Shown in pieces: positions 39,543 to 48,373 of a DNA stretch of 64,000 nucleotides. The notes beneath the pieces were generated by a model that was not told the DNA's origin, ran no database searches, and saw nothing but the letters and a program-made list of their open reading frames with translations. Made by a program: the position numbers and the translations under genes. Source of the stretch: a virus. The DNA lies in the IMG/VR virus record IMGVR_UViG_3300013102_000002, positions 1 to 64,000 of that record; one strand, written 5' to 3'. The number at the start of each line of letters is the position of its first letter. The stretch's first letter is position 1.

Positions 39543-39602
39543 GAAACCCGCATAAACATTGGACTTTTTTAACGTGATTTCCTCATGAAATGATAGTTTT
39601 AT
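39543..39602. repeat. Composite repeat, copy 2 (15-bp core inverted relative to copy 1)
   Basis: AAAC[CCGCATAAACATTGG]ACTTTTTT.ACGTGATTTCCTCATGAAAT-N4-GTTTTAT. Confidence 0.8.
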
Positions 39603-39943
39603 CTAGTGTTATTTTTTAAAACTAATTTTTCTAGTCCATCAAAAAAACCTTGTACAGTATCCACAGATGAAGAATTATACATTTGAATTTTATCGTCTTG
39701 TTTACACGTAACACTTCCACTATCTGAAAACCCATCACACCATACCTGCGGATACATAATTGGGTTAGGATTAACTACAGAAGGCAGAGGGGTGACATAG
39801 GTTGGTGGATAATGCACATAAGTAGGATAAGTTGGAAAAGTGGAGGCAGGTGGTGATTTTTTATTAGAATCAATTTCAAAAATTAGCTTTGCAATTTCTT
39901 CGACAGTTCCTTCGATTTCAATACCGTGAATGGTTGCTTTCAT
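39599..39943 (-). CDS. Hypothetical Pro-rich protein
   Basis: AGGAG RBS; IEIEGTVEEI N-terminus. Confidence 0.75.
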   Translation of the reverse strand: MKATIHGIEIEGTVEEIAKLIFEIDSNKKSPPASTFPTYPTYVHYPPTYVTPLPSVVNPNPIMYPQVWCDGFSDSGSVTCKQDDKIQMYNSSSVDTVQGFFDGLEKLVLKNNTR

Positions 39944-39972
39944 TATTTATCTCCTATCTTTTCTACGTTATA

Positions 39973-40977
39973 TTAGCCAAAAATCTTATTTCTTTCTTCG
40001 GCAAAATCTCTAAGATCATAATGGGCTATAGTTGTAGCGATATTCTCGTGATGAGCTATATATTTTGAGACTATTTCTATAGGAACCTTTTTAACTTCCA
40101 ATAGATATGTAACACAAGACGCTTTAAAAAGATGAGGGTTTATCCGTCTTCCTAGAATATTCGAAAGAGTTTCTTTACAAAACTCATTAGCCCAAGCTTC
40201 CGACATGGAACCAACTTCTCCACCATATTTAGTAGTAAAAATATATTCTGATTCATAATCCCGTTTTTCAATCCAAAGTTTCACATACTGCAATGCTTCT
40301 TCATTCACCATATACGGCTCTTGCTTCCCATCTTCGCCCCGACCCTTCAGACGAATTATATGAGACATTGTGTAGCCGCCACCTTCAACAATAGGATAGT
40401 TAAGAATCTCAGTTTTAAACTGTGGGATCTCTGCACGTCTTGCACCTACATTAAAAGCAAATGCTACCCATGCAGCACCCAGATAGTTTTTATCATTCAA
40501 TAATGTTTCCATCAATAGATCATAATCGTCTTTTGATATTTTTACTTTTGTGTATACATGATTTTTCGATATAGCTGGTAATCCACGAGTGAAGTTTCTA
40601 AATGTTTTATAATTCTTGTCATCATCCGCAACAACATTCTCTATATAGTTAGAAAGACTTGAGACACATGCCTTGCGTAAACCGATGGCACTAGAGGACA
40701 TTTTTCTTGTGTCTCTTAAAAAACTGATATATCTTAAAAAATCTCGTTTGCTGATCTCGTGTAATGGCTTATTATTCATGCTCTTATAAACGTAATAACC
40801 GAACTGTCTTAAACATGATTTATATTGAATTTTAGTTTTCTGACTATGTGCCTGAACCGAGATGTACTCCTCGACCAAGTTACGGTAATCTTCATTGACC
40901 AGTTGCCATTTCTCTTCGTCAACAGGAGGGAGCTTGTCGGCTGTTTCTCTGAGCATATTTTTATTTATACTTACCAT
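39973..40977 (-). CDS. Tyrosine recombinase (YomM-like) within tail operon
   Basis: GARRAE, KGRG, NPHLFK, HHE...HYD catalytic pattern. Confidence 0.9.
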   Translation of the reverse strand: MVSINKNMLRETADKLPPVDEEKWQLVNEDYRNLVEEYISVQAHSQKTKIQYKSCLRQFGYYVYKSMNNKPLHEISKRDFLRYISFLRDTRKMSSSAIGLRKACVSSLSNYIENVVADDDKNYKTFRNFTRGLPAISKNHVYTKVKISKDDYDLLMETLLNDKNYLGAAWVAFAFNVGARRAEIPQFKTEILNYPIVEGGGYTMSHIIRLKGRGEDGKQEPYMVNEEALQYVKLWIEKRDYESEYIFTTKYGGEVGSMSEAWANEFCKETLSNILGRRINPHLFKASCVTYLLEVKKVPIEIVSKYIAHHENIATTIAHYDLRDFAEERNKIFG

Positions 40978-41044
40978 GTATTCACCTTCTCATTTTACTT
41001 GCCAAATATTTTCACAAAATAACCATTTCATCAAAACTCACATA

Positions 41045-41485
41045 CTACTTCTTCACACTTAATCCCTGTCTCTTCAGCCCATTATAAATAGCATGTTCAA
41101 CGCTACCATCATTCAACAATTCATCTCTCGTAACCTCAGTAAAGGGCCTCCCTTTATGCGTATAAGGGAAAGGCCATTCCTCGTTGTACCCAACACCAGT
41201 TTCAACAATGACAGATACATCTCTACCATCATCCATACGTTTACTCTCAATGGATACTGTATTTGAATTAATCATATCTACATGAATATTAGCATCGTCA
41301 ATCAAACCACCATTTTCACCCAAACGTTCATAAATTACTGGTTCATAAACATCATAAACCTCAGATTGAATATTCTCCTTCATCTTAGGTCTGACCAGTT
41401 TTTCACCAACATCTTCTTTGAGTGTTTTGGGTAGTACTTGCTGGTTAACATATTTAGCTAATTCATTAATATTTTTAAAGTTCAT
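41045..41485 (-). CDS. Tail completion/neck protein (YomN/HK97 gp10-like)
   Basis: VYDVYEP..YER...GGL; IVETG; RPF. Confidence 0.65.
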   Translation of the reverse strand: MNFKNINELAKYVNQQVLPKTLKEDVGEKLVRPKMKENIQSEVYDVYEPVIYERLGENGGLIDDANIHVDMINSNTVSIESKRMDDGRDVSVIVETGVGYNEEWPFPYTHKGRPFTEVTRDELLNDGSVEHAIYNGLKRQGLSVKK

Positions 41486-41972
41486 CAGAATCAACTTCAA
41501 TGTTTTCGGCTGTTTTTGCTTCTTGTAATGCTGCTTGAATTGCAAGCTCTGCTGTTGCTTCGCCAATGCCTTTTGATACTTGTTCAAGTTTGGCTTTTAC
41601 TTTCTCAATCTGATCCTTTGGAATATGATTATATACTTCGACTAGGATTCCATTATCAAGCAGATTATGTGTAAATTTAATCAAGTTAGGAATATCATTT
41701 TTCTTTGGGATAGGAAGGTCGGTGAACTCTCTAAGAATCAATGTATCCAAGAGTACAACAGTATTCTTAATTGTTTCATTTGTTACATTTTCGCTTTTCT
41801 TTAAGTCTTCGAGCAGTCCAATGTAAGTCATAACCACATTCTCAATCAGTGACTCACGGAAACTAGTGTAGATTGATACTTCATATTGACCATCAAGAAT
41901 ATGTACTTTTTTAAGTTCATTGAATTTTGAACTAAGTTTATTTAACTCAGCAGCGGTAAGTTTTTTAGTCAT
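41475..41972 (-). CDS. Tail assembly chaperone-like protein (YomO-like)
   Basis: Position after major tail; ILREFTDL motif. Confidence 0.55.
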   Translation of the reverse strand: MTKKLTAAELNKLSSKFNELKKVHILDGQYEVSIYTSFRESLIENVVMTYIGLLEDLKKSENVTNETIKNTVVLLDTLILREFTDLPIPKKNDIPNLIKFTHNLLDNGILVEVYNHIPKDQIEKVKAKLEQVSKGIGEATAELAIQAALQEAKTAENIEVDSDEL

Positions 41973-42127
41973 TTATTTGTTCACTCCCATTAAATATATT
42001 TAGTGTCAATAAGACACTTAGTACAGACTTCTTAAAATAAAAAATCTCTATATCGTGTCTCAGAAAGAAAAAAATAGGGAAAAGACAGCATTTTAGCCGA
42101 CTTCTCCCTATTGTATTTTTATTACTT

Positions 42128-43120
42128 TTATGCAGAAGTCACTTGGATATAATCCTTAATGCCTGTTGCCGTGTGCGTTACCGTAATCAAACTCGTACCA
42201 GCCGCAACACGTGTGACCAAGCCACTTGAGTTGACTGTGCAAGTAGCAGTAGTTCCAGAAACATATGTGCAATCAGCGGCAGGAATAATTGTGTTTGCGT
42301 AAATGCCACCACGAACGCCATAAACGGTAATCTGCGATGTTGTAGTAGTAGTGGACAGAGACATGGTAGATGGAATTGCTGCAATTGCCTGATAGCTTGC
42401 GGTCGATGCAGCAATTGGCTTAATATACACATAAGCATAAGCATTATCGGAAGGATTAATCAGTGCCATTCCATCCAATTTACTTGTACTTACACCACTA
42501 GCGGTAAACTCAAGCGAGAAGTTACCGGAAACCTTGAACTGAGGGATTACACATTGCCATACAGCAGATTGACCAGCAGCATTAAAAATTTTAGCTGTCA
42601 TAGTCAACTCATAAGCAGCAGGTACGCCATCAGCCGACACTTCGATGTAGTCAACAGTAGAAGTTGCACGATAACTAACTTTAACAGTAGTATTTCCACC
42701 ACCAGAAACTGCGAACGTGCTGCCAGTAGGAGTTACAGTGATCAACGAATTGTCTGCTTTTTGTACATATACATTTCCTACTGGTGTTCCAGAAACAGTA
42801 CCAGAACCAGAAGAGAGAGTAACTACTTCATCTTGTACATAGAATGGTTTTGCTGCCGAAACAATACTCGTACCATTAGAAATTGCCATATATGTTTCAT
42901 CAAAACGACAATCCTCAATAGTAACATCGAGCTTCTTTTCAAAATTGTAAACATATTGCAGGGCGTTACCAAAACCGCCTCGTACTTCCTGGCTATTCAT
43001 GGTTTGATTCAAAGCAGAACTGATGAGTGTCTTACCCTTAAGTACAATTAGGTCTGCCGTAGTGTCGCGCAATTGAACGTCACATACTGATACCAAAAAC
43101 TGTTGGTTGTTAGCCGCCAT
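42128..43120 (-). CDS. Major tail protein with C-terminal Ig-like (Big_2) domain
   Basis: EVRGGFGN; C-terminal TV.SSGLVT.VAAGT..ITVT. Confidence 0.8.
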   Translation of the reverse strand: MAANNQQFLVSVCDVQLRDTTADLIVLKGKTLISSALNQTMNSQEVRGGFGNALQYVYNFEKKLDVTIEDCRFDETYMAISNGTSIVSAAKPFYVQDEVVTLSSGSGTVSGTPVGNVYVQKADNSLITVTPTGSTFAVSGGGNTTVKVSYRATSTVDYIEVSADGVPAAYELTMTAKIFNAAGQSAVWQCVIPQFKVSGNFSLEFTASGVSTSKLDGMALINPSDNAYAYVYIKPIAASTASYQAIAAIPSTMSLSTTTTTSQITVYGVRGGIYANTIIPAADCTYVSGTTATCTVNSSGLVTRVAAGTSLITVTHTATGIKDYIQVTSA

Positions 43121-43175
43121 TATTCATCCTCCTAGATAGTTAAAACGTTATATTTACTTTATAAATTGAAATGAA

Positions 43176-43901
43176 CTATGATTTGAAAATATCTCCGTCT
43201 GAAGTAATTTTCTTGAACTGAGATTCAGTCATAGTTACATCTGCATATTTTGCTTTTTCTTCTACATGAGACAACCAATGTTCTATTTCGTCTGATTTTC
43301 CGTTCTCGGCCAACAGAGCAGCATATGTATCAAAATTCTTAATGATCGAATATCTTTCTAATGTTTTATTGAATTGATAGATAGTATATTCTTTTATTTC
43401 TTTATATGGTCGTTTTGATAGACAATGAAGTGTAACTATTCTTTCCTCTAGCGTGGGCGGACTGCCGTTTTTCCTAGATAGAAATTCTTCTGCTTCCATT
43501 AATGTTTGTTCCATTTCTGGATCTAACATATCATCATCAATTTTAATCATATTCATTTCAAGAATTACTTTTTTGATTTCATCAAATTCATATCCATCAA
43601 ATACAACATCATTAATTTGCAATAGAATGCGTGATTCATCATATAAGAAACCATATTTTGCTCCGTTAAGAACTAGGCTTAAAACCTTGTCTAATTTATC
43701 CAAAACATGTTGTTCACCAGTTTGTGATGCCACGACAAATAAAAAATCAAGATATGTCATCTTGATTATACGGATGTCCTGCATTCTATTTTTTTGAAAC
43801 AATAGACACTGAACTGAGTCATAGAATTCATCAATATCTTTCATGGTGATGGGAAATATCTCAATACCTTTAACGAATCTTGTTTCTCCCCATATTTGCA
43901 T
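43176..43901 (-). CDS. Conserved tail-region protein (YomV-like)
   Basis: KMTYLDFL, YTIYQF, IEHWL motifs; position. Confidence 0.6.
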   Translation of the reverse strand: MQIWGETRFVKGIEIFPITMKDIDEFYDSVQCLLFQKNRMQDIRIIKMTYLDFLFVVASQTGEQHVLDKLDKVLSLVLNGAKYGFLYDESRILLQINDVVFDGYEFDEIKKVILEMNMIKIDDDMLDPEMEQTLMEAEEFLSRKNGSPPTLEERIVTLHCLSKRPYKEIKEYTIYQFNKTLERYSIIKNFDTYAALLAENGKSDEIEHWLSHVEEKAKYADVTMTESQFKKITSDGDIFKS

Positions 43902-44408
43902 TTAAACCGACCTCACCTCTGGATATATTTCATATCCTGAAAAGTAAGTGTTGTAACTGTATAGTCTAATGGGTTTATCTACATAAACAAGTCCTATTGA
44001 TTCGATGTCTGCTCCATGAATTTCCTTTAATATTTCCTGTATCATGATCAAAGGTCTCATACGACCCTCATCCATCAACCAAATTTGATTGCTTGAGATT
44101 ACCTGAATAGCAAAGCAAGTATTGGACATTACGAAGTTATTTGGTGAGAACTCTCTTATAAATATTCGAATCTCACTTTTTTCTTCATCTACAGATGATA
44201 AATTGAAAGGAGTGAAAGATATTCTTATTTGCTTTGGATCTGAATTATCATACAAGGAATTTATTTCTTCTTGTGTAAGATCTGGACTATACATTGCATC
44301 CTTGGTTGGATATTTTAAACATTTCATCAAAGTCTGATTCTGAGTCAATTTCATAAATATATTCTTGATTAGAACATCAGAGTTTTCCAAAGTGAAATAA
44401 TTATTCAT
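43902..44408 (-). CDS. Tail terminator-like protein (YomW-like)
   Basis: AAGGAG RBS; position. Confidence 0.55.
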   Translation of the reverse strand: MNNYFTLENSDVLIKNIFMKLTQNQTLMKCLKYPTKDAMYSPDLTQEEINSLYDNSDPKQIRISFTPFNLSSVDEEKSEIRIFIREFSPNNFVMSNTCFAIQVISSNQIWLMDEGRMRPLIMIQEILKEIHGADIESIGLVYVDKPIRLYSYNTYFSGYEIYPEVRSV

Positions 44409-44421
44409 TTCATTCTCCTTT

Positions 44422-45681
44422 CTAGTAGACACTCTTAATTTGAATTCTCTTATTTACAGAAAGTGATAATTCGCCGCACGTAGCAACCAATCTAACAAAA
44501 CTTGTAGTTTGTGGACTCAGATATTTTAACCCTTTAATGACACAAGAGTTTCCTGTTTGAGTGGTTATTTGTGCAAGGTCAGTAAATGAGTCTGAAGCAT
44601 CATTAACCAAACTCCATAAAACAGTCTTCGTGTTATCTGGTATAGAATTGTTATAAATAACTACGGAATACGATTGTGACTGAGTGACCTTACAAATATC
44701 AGCACCAGTGATTGCAATTGAATAATTATTTGTAATTACATTAGAAATAGACAACAGAATCGAAGTGTGTATGCTAGGATGATCTGTCAAAGATGCTGTT
44801 ATGGTGACTTCACCATCTGTCAACATTTCTACAACTCCAGACTCAGAAACAGTAGCGACTGCTTCATTAGAAGAGGAGTAAGTAATAGGTAGATTTGTTG
44901 AAACAACCGATCCGTTTTTCATGTCTTTAGCGTCAATACTTAACTGTAACGCATCTCCGACACTAGCAACGGCTGACTCTCCATTTAAAATCTTTATGGA
45001 ATAAGAGTGGATATTTTCATAATAATCAGCTATTCTTAAGTCCATATTATCAGTATCTTTATTATAAAACCCTTCTTCGAGCGTTAAATTAATTATCCCA
45101 TCAATCAAACGATCTACCGATGTTACCCTCCAACCTCGTCCATCAAGAATAAATCGCTTATCTTTTTCAATCTTTCTTGACCATTCATTATTCTGAATGG
45201 TGATATTTCTACGTTCGTTGGGCATAATAATTACTTTGCCATCAGTTATACCAAAATTAGTGGCGGAGTCTGATTTAAAGCAGAACCATGACTCTCTAAT
45301 ATCGCCATTTTCGTCTAGCCATTTAATTGACGAATAGCAACGAATCATTGTTCCTCTATCATACATATCTCCAAGTTGATGATCGTTTTGGACAGTGAGC
45401 CAATATTCGTTATTCCAGAAATATAAATATCCCACATTCACAGATTGACCAGGAATAGCAGTTACTATTTTTTGAGATTTAGTATCACTATCATCAGTAA
45501 TCCAAACATCTGATTGAGTAGAGGTGAGAGGAGAGAAGGGAGTCAAGAGTAAAATATTATAGTAAGAAGGGTTATTGTAAAAAGAACCAACAATCTTTGC
45601 TTTTGTAGAGTTAATTCGGATATCTCGTATACTGCTACCATAATCTTCGTTTCTTTGATTGAATATATCTATATAAGACAT
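44422..45681 (-). CDS. Head-tail joining protein with Ig-like domain
   Basis: Big_2 motif YSSSNEAVATVSESG..G.VTITAS. Confidence 0.65.
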   Translation of the reverse strand: MSYIDIFNQRNEDYGSSIRDIRINSTKAKIVGSFYNNPSYYNILLLTPFSPLTSTQSDVWITDDSDTKSQKIVTAIPGQSVNVGYLYFWNNEYWLTVQNDHQLGDMYDRGTMIRCYSSIKWLDENGDIRESWFCFKSDSATNFGITDGKVIIMPNERRNITIQNNEWSRKIEKDKRFILDGRGWRVTSVDRLIDGIINLTLEEGFYNKDTDNMDLRIADYYENIHSYSIKILNGESAVASVGDALQLSIDAKDMKNGSVVSTNLPITYSSSNEAVATVSESGVVEMLTDGEVTITASLTDHPSIHTSILLSISNVITNNYSIAITGADICKVTQSQSYSVVIYNNSIPDNTKTVLWSLVNDASDSFTDLAQITTQTGNSCVIKGLKYLSPQTTSFVRLVATCGELSLSVNKRIQIKSVY

Positions 45682-45705
45682 GCTTCACCACCTTTTTAGT
45701 GGTTG

Positions 45706-46140
45706 TTATTTCAATTTATCTGTGCCAAAGAAATTGTAAGTATAATCTACAATCATCTTCGATATCTCTTTTTTTCTATCCGTTCTAAGTACGAGCAACT
45801 TTTCCAAATGATTTGCTTGACTCGTCATTGCAAATTCCCTAGATGTCATTGCTTGCTCAATTAAACTGAGATTGACTATTTGAGAACTCAGATATTCAAC
45901 AACCATTAAATTACCCAATATCTGAACCTCATCTAAACTCAATTCAATATTAAAAGTCAAATTAGAATCATCGCGATCATTTAAATCCTGCAAACATCTT
46001 CTGAATTTTGGAATAGAATTAAGCAAGTATTGAAAAGATATTGCTTCTCGAACAGACGAGGCGTTGAATATTGGATCATTTATTTGAGATTGAAATACTG
46101 TGAAAATTTCAGTATAAACAGTTGGGGTCATCAAAGACAC
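45706..46140 (-). CDS. Head-tail adaptor (YomZ-like)
   Basis: FN.ELS.DE..IL..LM; SQANHLEKL. Confidence 0.65.
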   Translation of the reverse strand: MSLMTPTVYTEIFTVFQSQINDPIFNASSVREAISFQYLLNSIPKFRRCLQDLNDRDDSNLTFNIELSLDEVQILGNLMVVEYLSSQIVNLSLIEQAMTSREFAMTSQANHLEKLLVLRTDRKKEISKMIVDYTYNFFGTDKLK

Positions 46141-46143
46141 CCC

Positions 46144-46659
46144 TTATCGTCTAGGATTTTCGATATCAATATCAGCGTTGAGTTTATCTTGAATCAAGTT
46201 GATGATATGGGTATCAGTCAGTTCTTTTGATTCATATTTTTCTCTGGCTTTTCCTAAAATGAGAGATTTAACTCCAGTTGTTGCATTATCAAGAATGACA
46301 CTTAATTCTTCGACCGATTTTTGTAACATCAAATCAATTTCATCTGGAAGAATAGAATTTTTATAATGTGCATCAATCTTAAGATGTGAAATAACGTCAA
46401 GTTGATCTTCAGGAAAAATGATCCAATTCTCTTTAAAGAATACTGACTGCTGTGCTTTCATTTCTTTCAGTTCTTTAATAGTAAGTTCTTGTTCGTCCCC
46501 TTGTGCTCCCCACTCTCTGATAACATTTGAGGTAGATTTATAATACAAGAGACCCTTACAATTGCTGAGGACGGTTACGTTTGTGTCATCTGTAATTTTT
46601 CTAACTACTTTCTTTTTTGTTGCAACCTCAGTTGTCGCTTCAATATTTTTTTCAGCCAT
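46144..46659 (-). CDS. Head-associated protein (YonA-like)
   Basis: W...GD...LT..EL..MK; position after capsid. Confidence 0.6.
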   Translation of the reverse strand: MAEKNIEATTEVATKKKVVRKITDDTNVTVLSNCKGLLYYKSTSNVIREWGAQGDEQELTIKELKEMKAQQSVFFKENWIIFPEDQLDVISHLKIDAHYKNSILPDEIDLMLQKSVEELSVILDNATTGVKSLILGKAREKYESKELTDTHIINLIQDKLNADIDIENPRR

Positions 46660-46684
46660 TTTTACTCTCCCTTTTTACATTATT

Positions 46685-46716
46685 TTTAGGAGAGATTATA
46701 AAAACTCTCTCCTAAA
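46685..46716 (-). terminator. Hairpin/terminator after major capsid gene
   Basis: TTTAGGAGAG...CTCTCCTAAA inverted repeat. Confidence 0.55.
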
Positions 46717-46733
46717 TTGTTTTTATATATTTA

Positions 46734-47726
46734 TTACGAAGGAATGTATACACCATATTTAGTTGAAGTCAGTACAGATACACCATATTTCTTCTTGAAT
46801 GTGTATTCTACGCTATCATCAGCATTAGCATTGTTGTCGTTCGAAGATTGAACGATTTCCGGTTCTCCTTCAAGTACAAGTTTAACAATCTTTTCTTCAG
46901 TAGTTGGAAGAACCAACAGGAAGTTGCCAATTGCAAAAGTATCAGTACCAGGAATATGGGATTGTTTAAGTTCGTAGAAATTACGACCATCTACAACTTT
47001 GAAGAATCCGTCTTTATTACGATCAGCAACAACCTGACCGTTATAGGCAACATAAGAAGGAACGGCCTTCTGCAAGCTCAGTTTTTGACCAACAACCATA
47101 GCTTCGCGTTGGGTAGCTGCTTCAACATGCATCATCAGAGTGTTGAACTGAGTCAGATCCCAAGTTCCTGTATATGTATAAGGAGCAGAAAGAGCGCTAT
47201 AGCCAGTAACGATTGCTGCACCAATATCTGCACCAATTTGAGCATTAAAAGAAGCTTGAACTTTAGAGATCAGTTTAGCCCAATCCACTTTACCGGAAAG
47301 GAAACGTTCCAATTCTTCATAAATCTTAATCCCTTTGTACGCAGTAGGCACAGTATTGCCAGTGCGTTCCAGTCTCTGACGGCGAAGTGCATTAGTGCCA
47401 GAAGCAATTGTTGCTACGTTAAACAAGTGATAATCATCTACCATAAATACGGGACGATCTCCGTGAGCCACATTGCGGTAGTCTACGAAATCAGCAAATT
47501 GGTCTTCAATACCTTCAGTAATCAAAACATCAAGAATGTCTTCCATTACAGTAAACAATTTATGTCCGTTTGCTCGGAACGCACGTTTCATATTTTTTTC
47601 TTCACCTAGAATTTCAGTGAAGATTGCACGAAGAGATTCTTCTGCCTCGGATTTAGAGAAATTGCCCAGTTGTCCTTTTGCCAAGTCGATCCCAAGATCA
47701 ACAATTTTATTTCTATCAGTAGTCAT
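46734..47726 (-). CDS. Major capsid protein (YonB-like)
   Basis: FVDYRNVA.GD, LRRQRL, IYEELERFLSG.VDW; AAGGAGG RBS. Confidence 0.85.
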   Translation of the reverse strand: MTTDRNKIVDLGIDLAKGQLGNFSKSEAEESLRAIFTEILGEEKNMKRAFRANGHKLFTVMEDILDVLITEGIEDQFADFVDYRNVAHGDRPVFMVDDYHLFNVATIASGTNALRRQRLERTGNTVPTAYKGIKIYEELERFLSGKVDWAKLISKVQASFNAQIGADIGAAIVTGYSALSAPYTYTGTWDLTQFNTLMMHVEAATQREAMVVGQKLSLQKAVPSYVAYNGQVVADRNKDGFFKVVDGRNFYELKQSHIPGTDTFAIGNFLLVLPTTEEKIVKLVLEGEPEIVQSSNDNNANADDSVEYTFKKKYGVSVLTSTKYGVYIPS

Positions 47727-47757
47727 CTTAAATATATCCTCCTTAGTATGTTGAAAA

Positions 47758-48249
47758 TTAGTTTGCAAGTACTTCGATTACAGATGCTGCTTGACCATAA
47801 ATGGTTGTTTTTTCGATAACTTTACCGATAAATTTAGTAGTCGTAGGAAGCGAAGCGGAGATTGCAAGCAGCGAGGAAGCATTTGCTGGCATTACATATT
47901 GACCAACAACGGTAGTTCCTGTGATCATGATGTCTGTAATGGTAATCAAATCACCATTTTTAGTTTTAATTCCGCGACCTGGGGCACCACTTGGAGTAAA
48001 ATAGTCGAGCAATGTTTGACCAGCCAGATAAACTACTTCTGGACTTGCTGCGATATACAAAGACTTACCTGCAAGCGTTGCTGTTACTGGTTGGACTGGT
48101 GTAAATAGTTCGCGTTCACCAGTCACCAAATCTTCTGCGAAAAATACTGAACCATTCTGTGTATCTGCTGTTGCCTTAAAAGAAATCAAACCATTGCCTG
48201 TTTTTACTGCGTCAACCTTATCTAGACGAACTGCGCCTTGTACCGCCAT
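47758..48249 (-). CDS. Capsid decoration protein (YonC-like)
   Basis: NG...GERE motif; between scaffold and capsid genes. Confidence 0.65.
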   Translation of the reverse strand: MAVQGAVRLDKVDAVKTGNGLISFKATADTQNGSVFFAEDLVTGERELFTPVQPVTATLAGKSLYIAASPEVVYLAGQTLLDYFTPSGAPGRGIKTKNGDLITITDIMITGTTVVGQYVMPANASSLLAISASLPTTTKFIGKVIEKTTIYGQAASVIEVLAN

Positions 48250-48373
48250 TTTTAAGTCCTCCTAATATTTGTATGTTTTTTTGAAATACAAAAAAGCGCG
48301 AGATCATTTCCCGCACCAATGATAAAAATATATAATATAATTTGATACGTTTCACAACGAACAAACTAATAAA

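Noticed and set aside
41045-41972. Programmed frameshift of a tail chaperone (overlapping 165- and 180-aa ORFs)
   Set aside because: No clear slippery heptamer; the downstream gene has its own ATG at 41485 and resembles a separate neck protein
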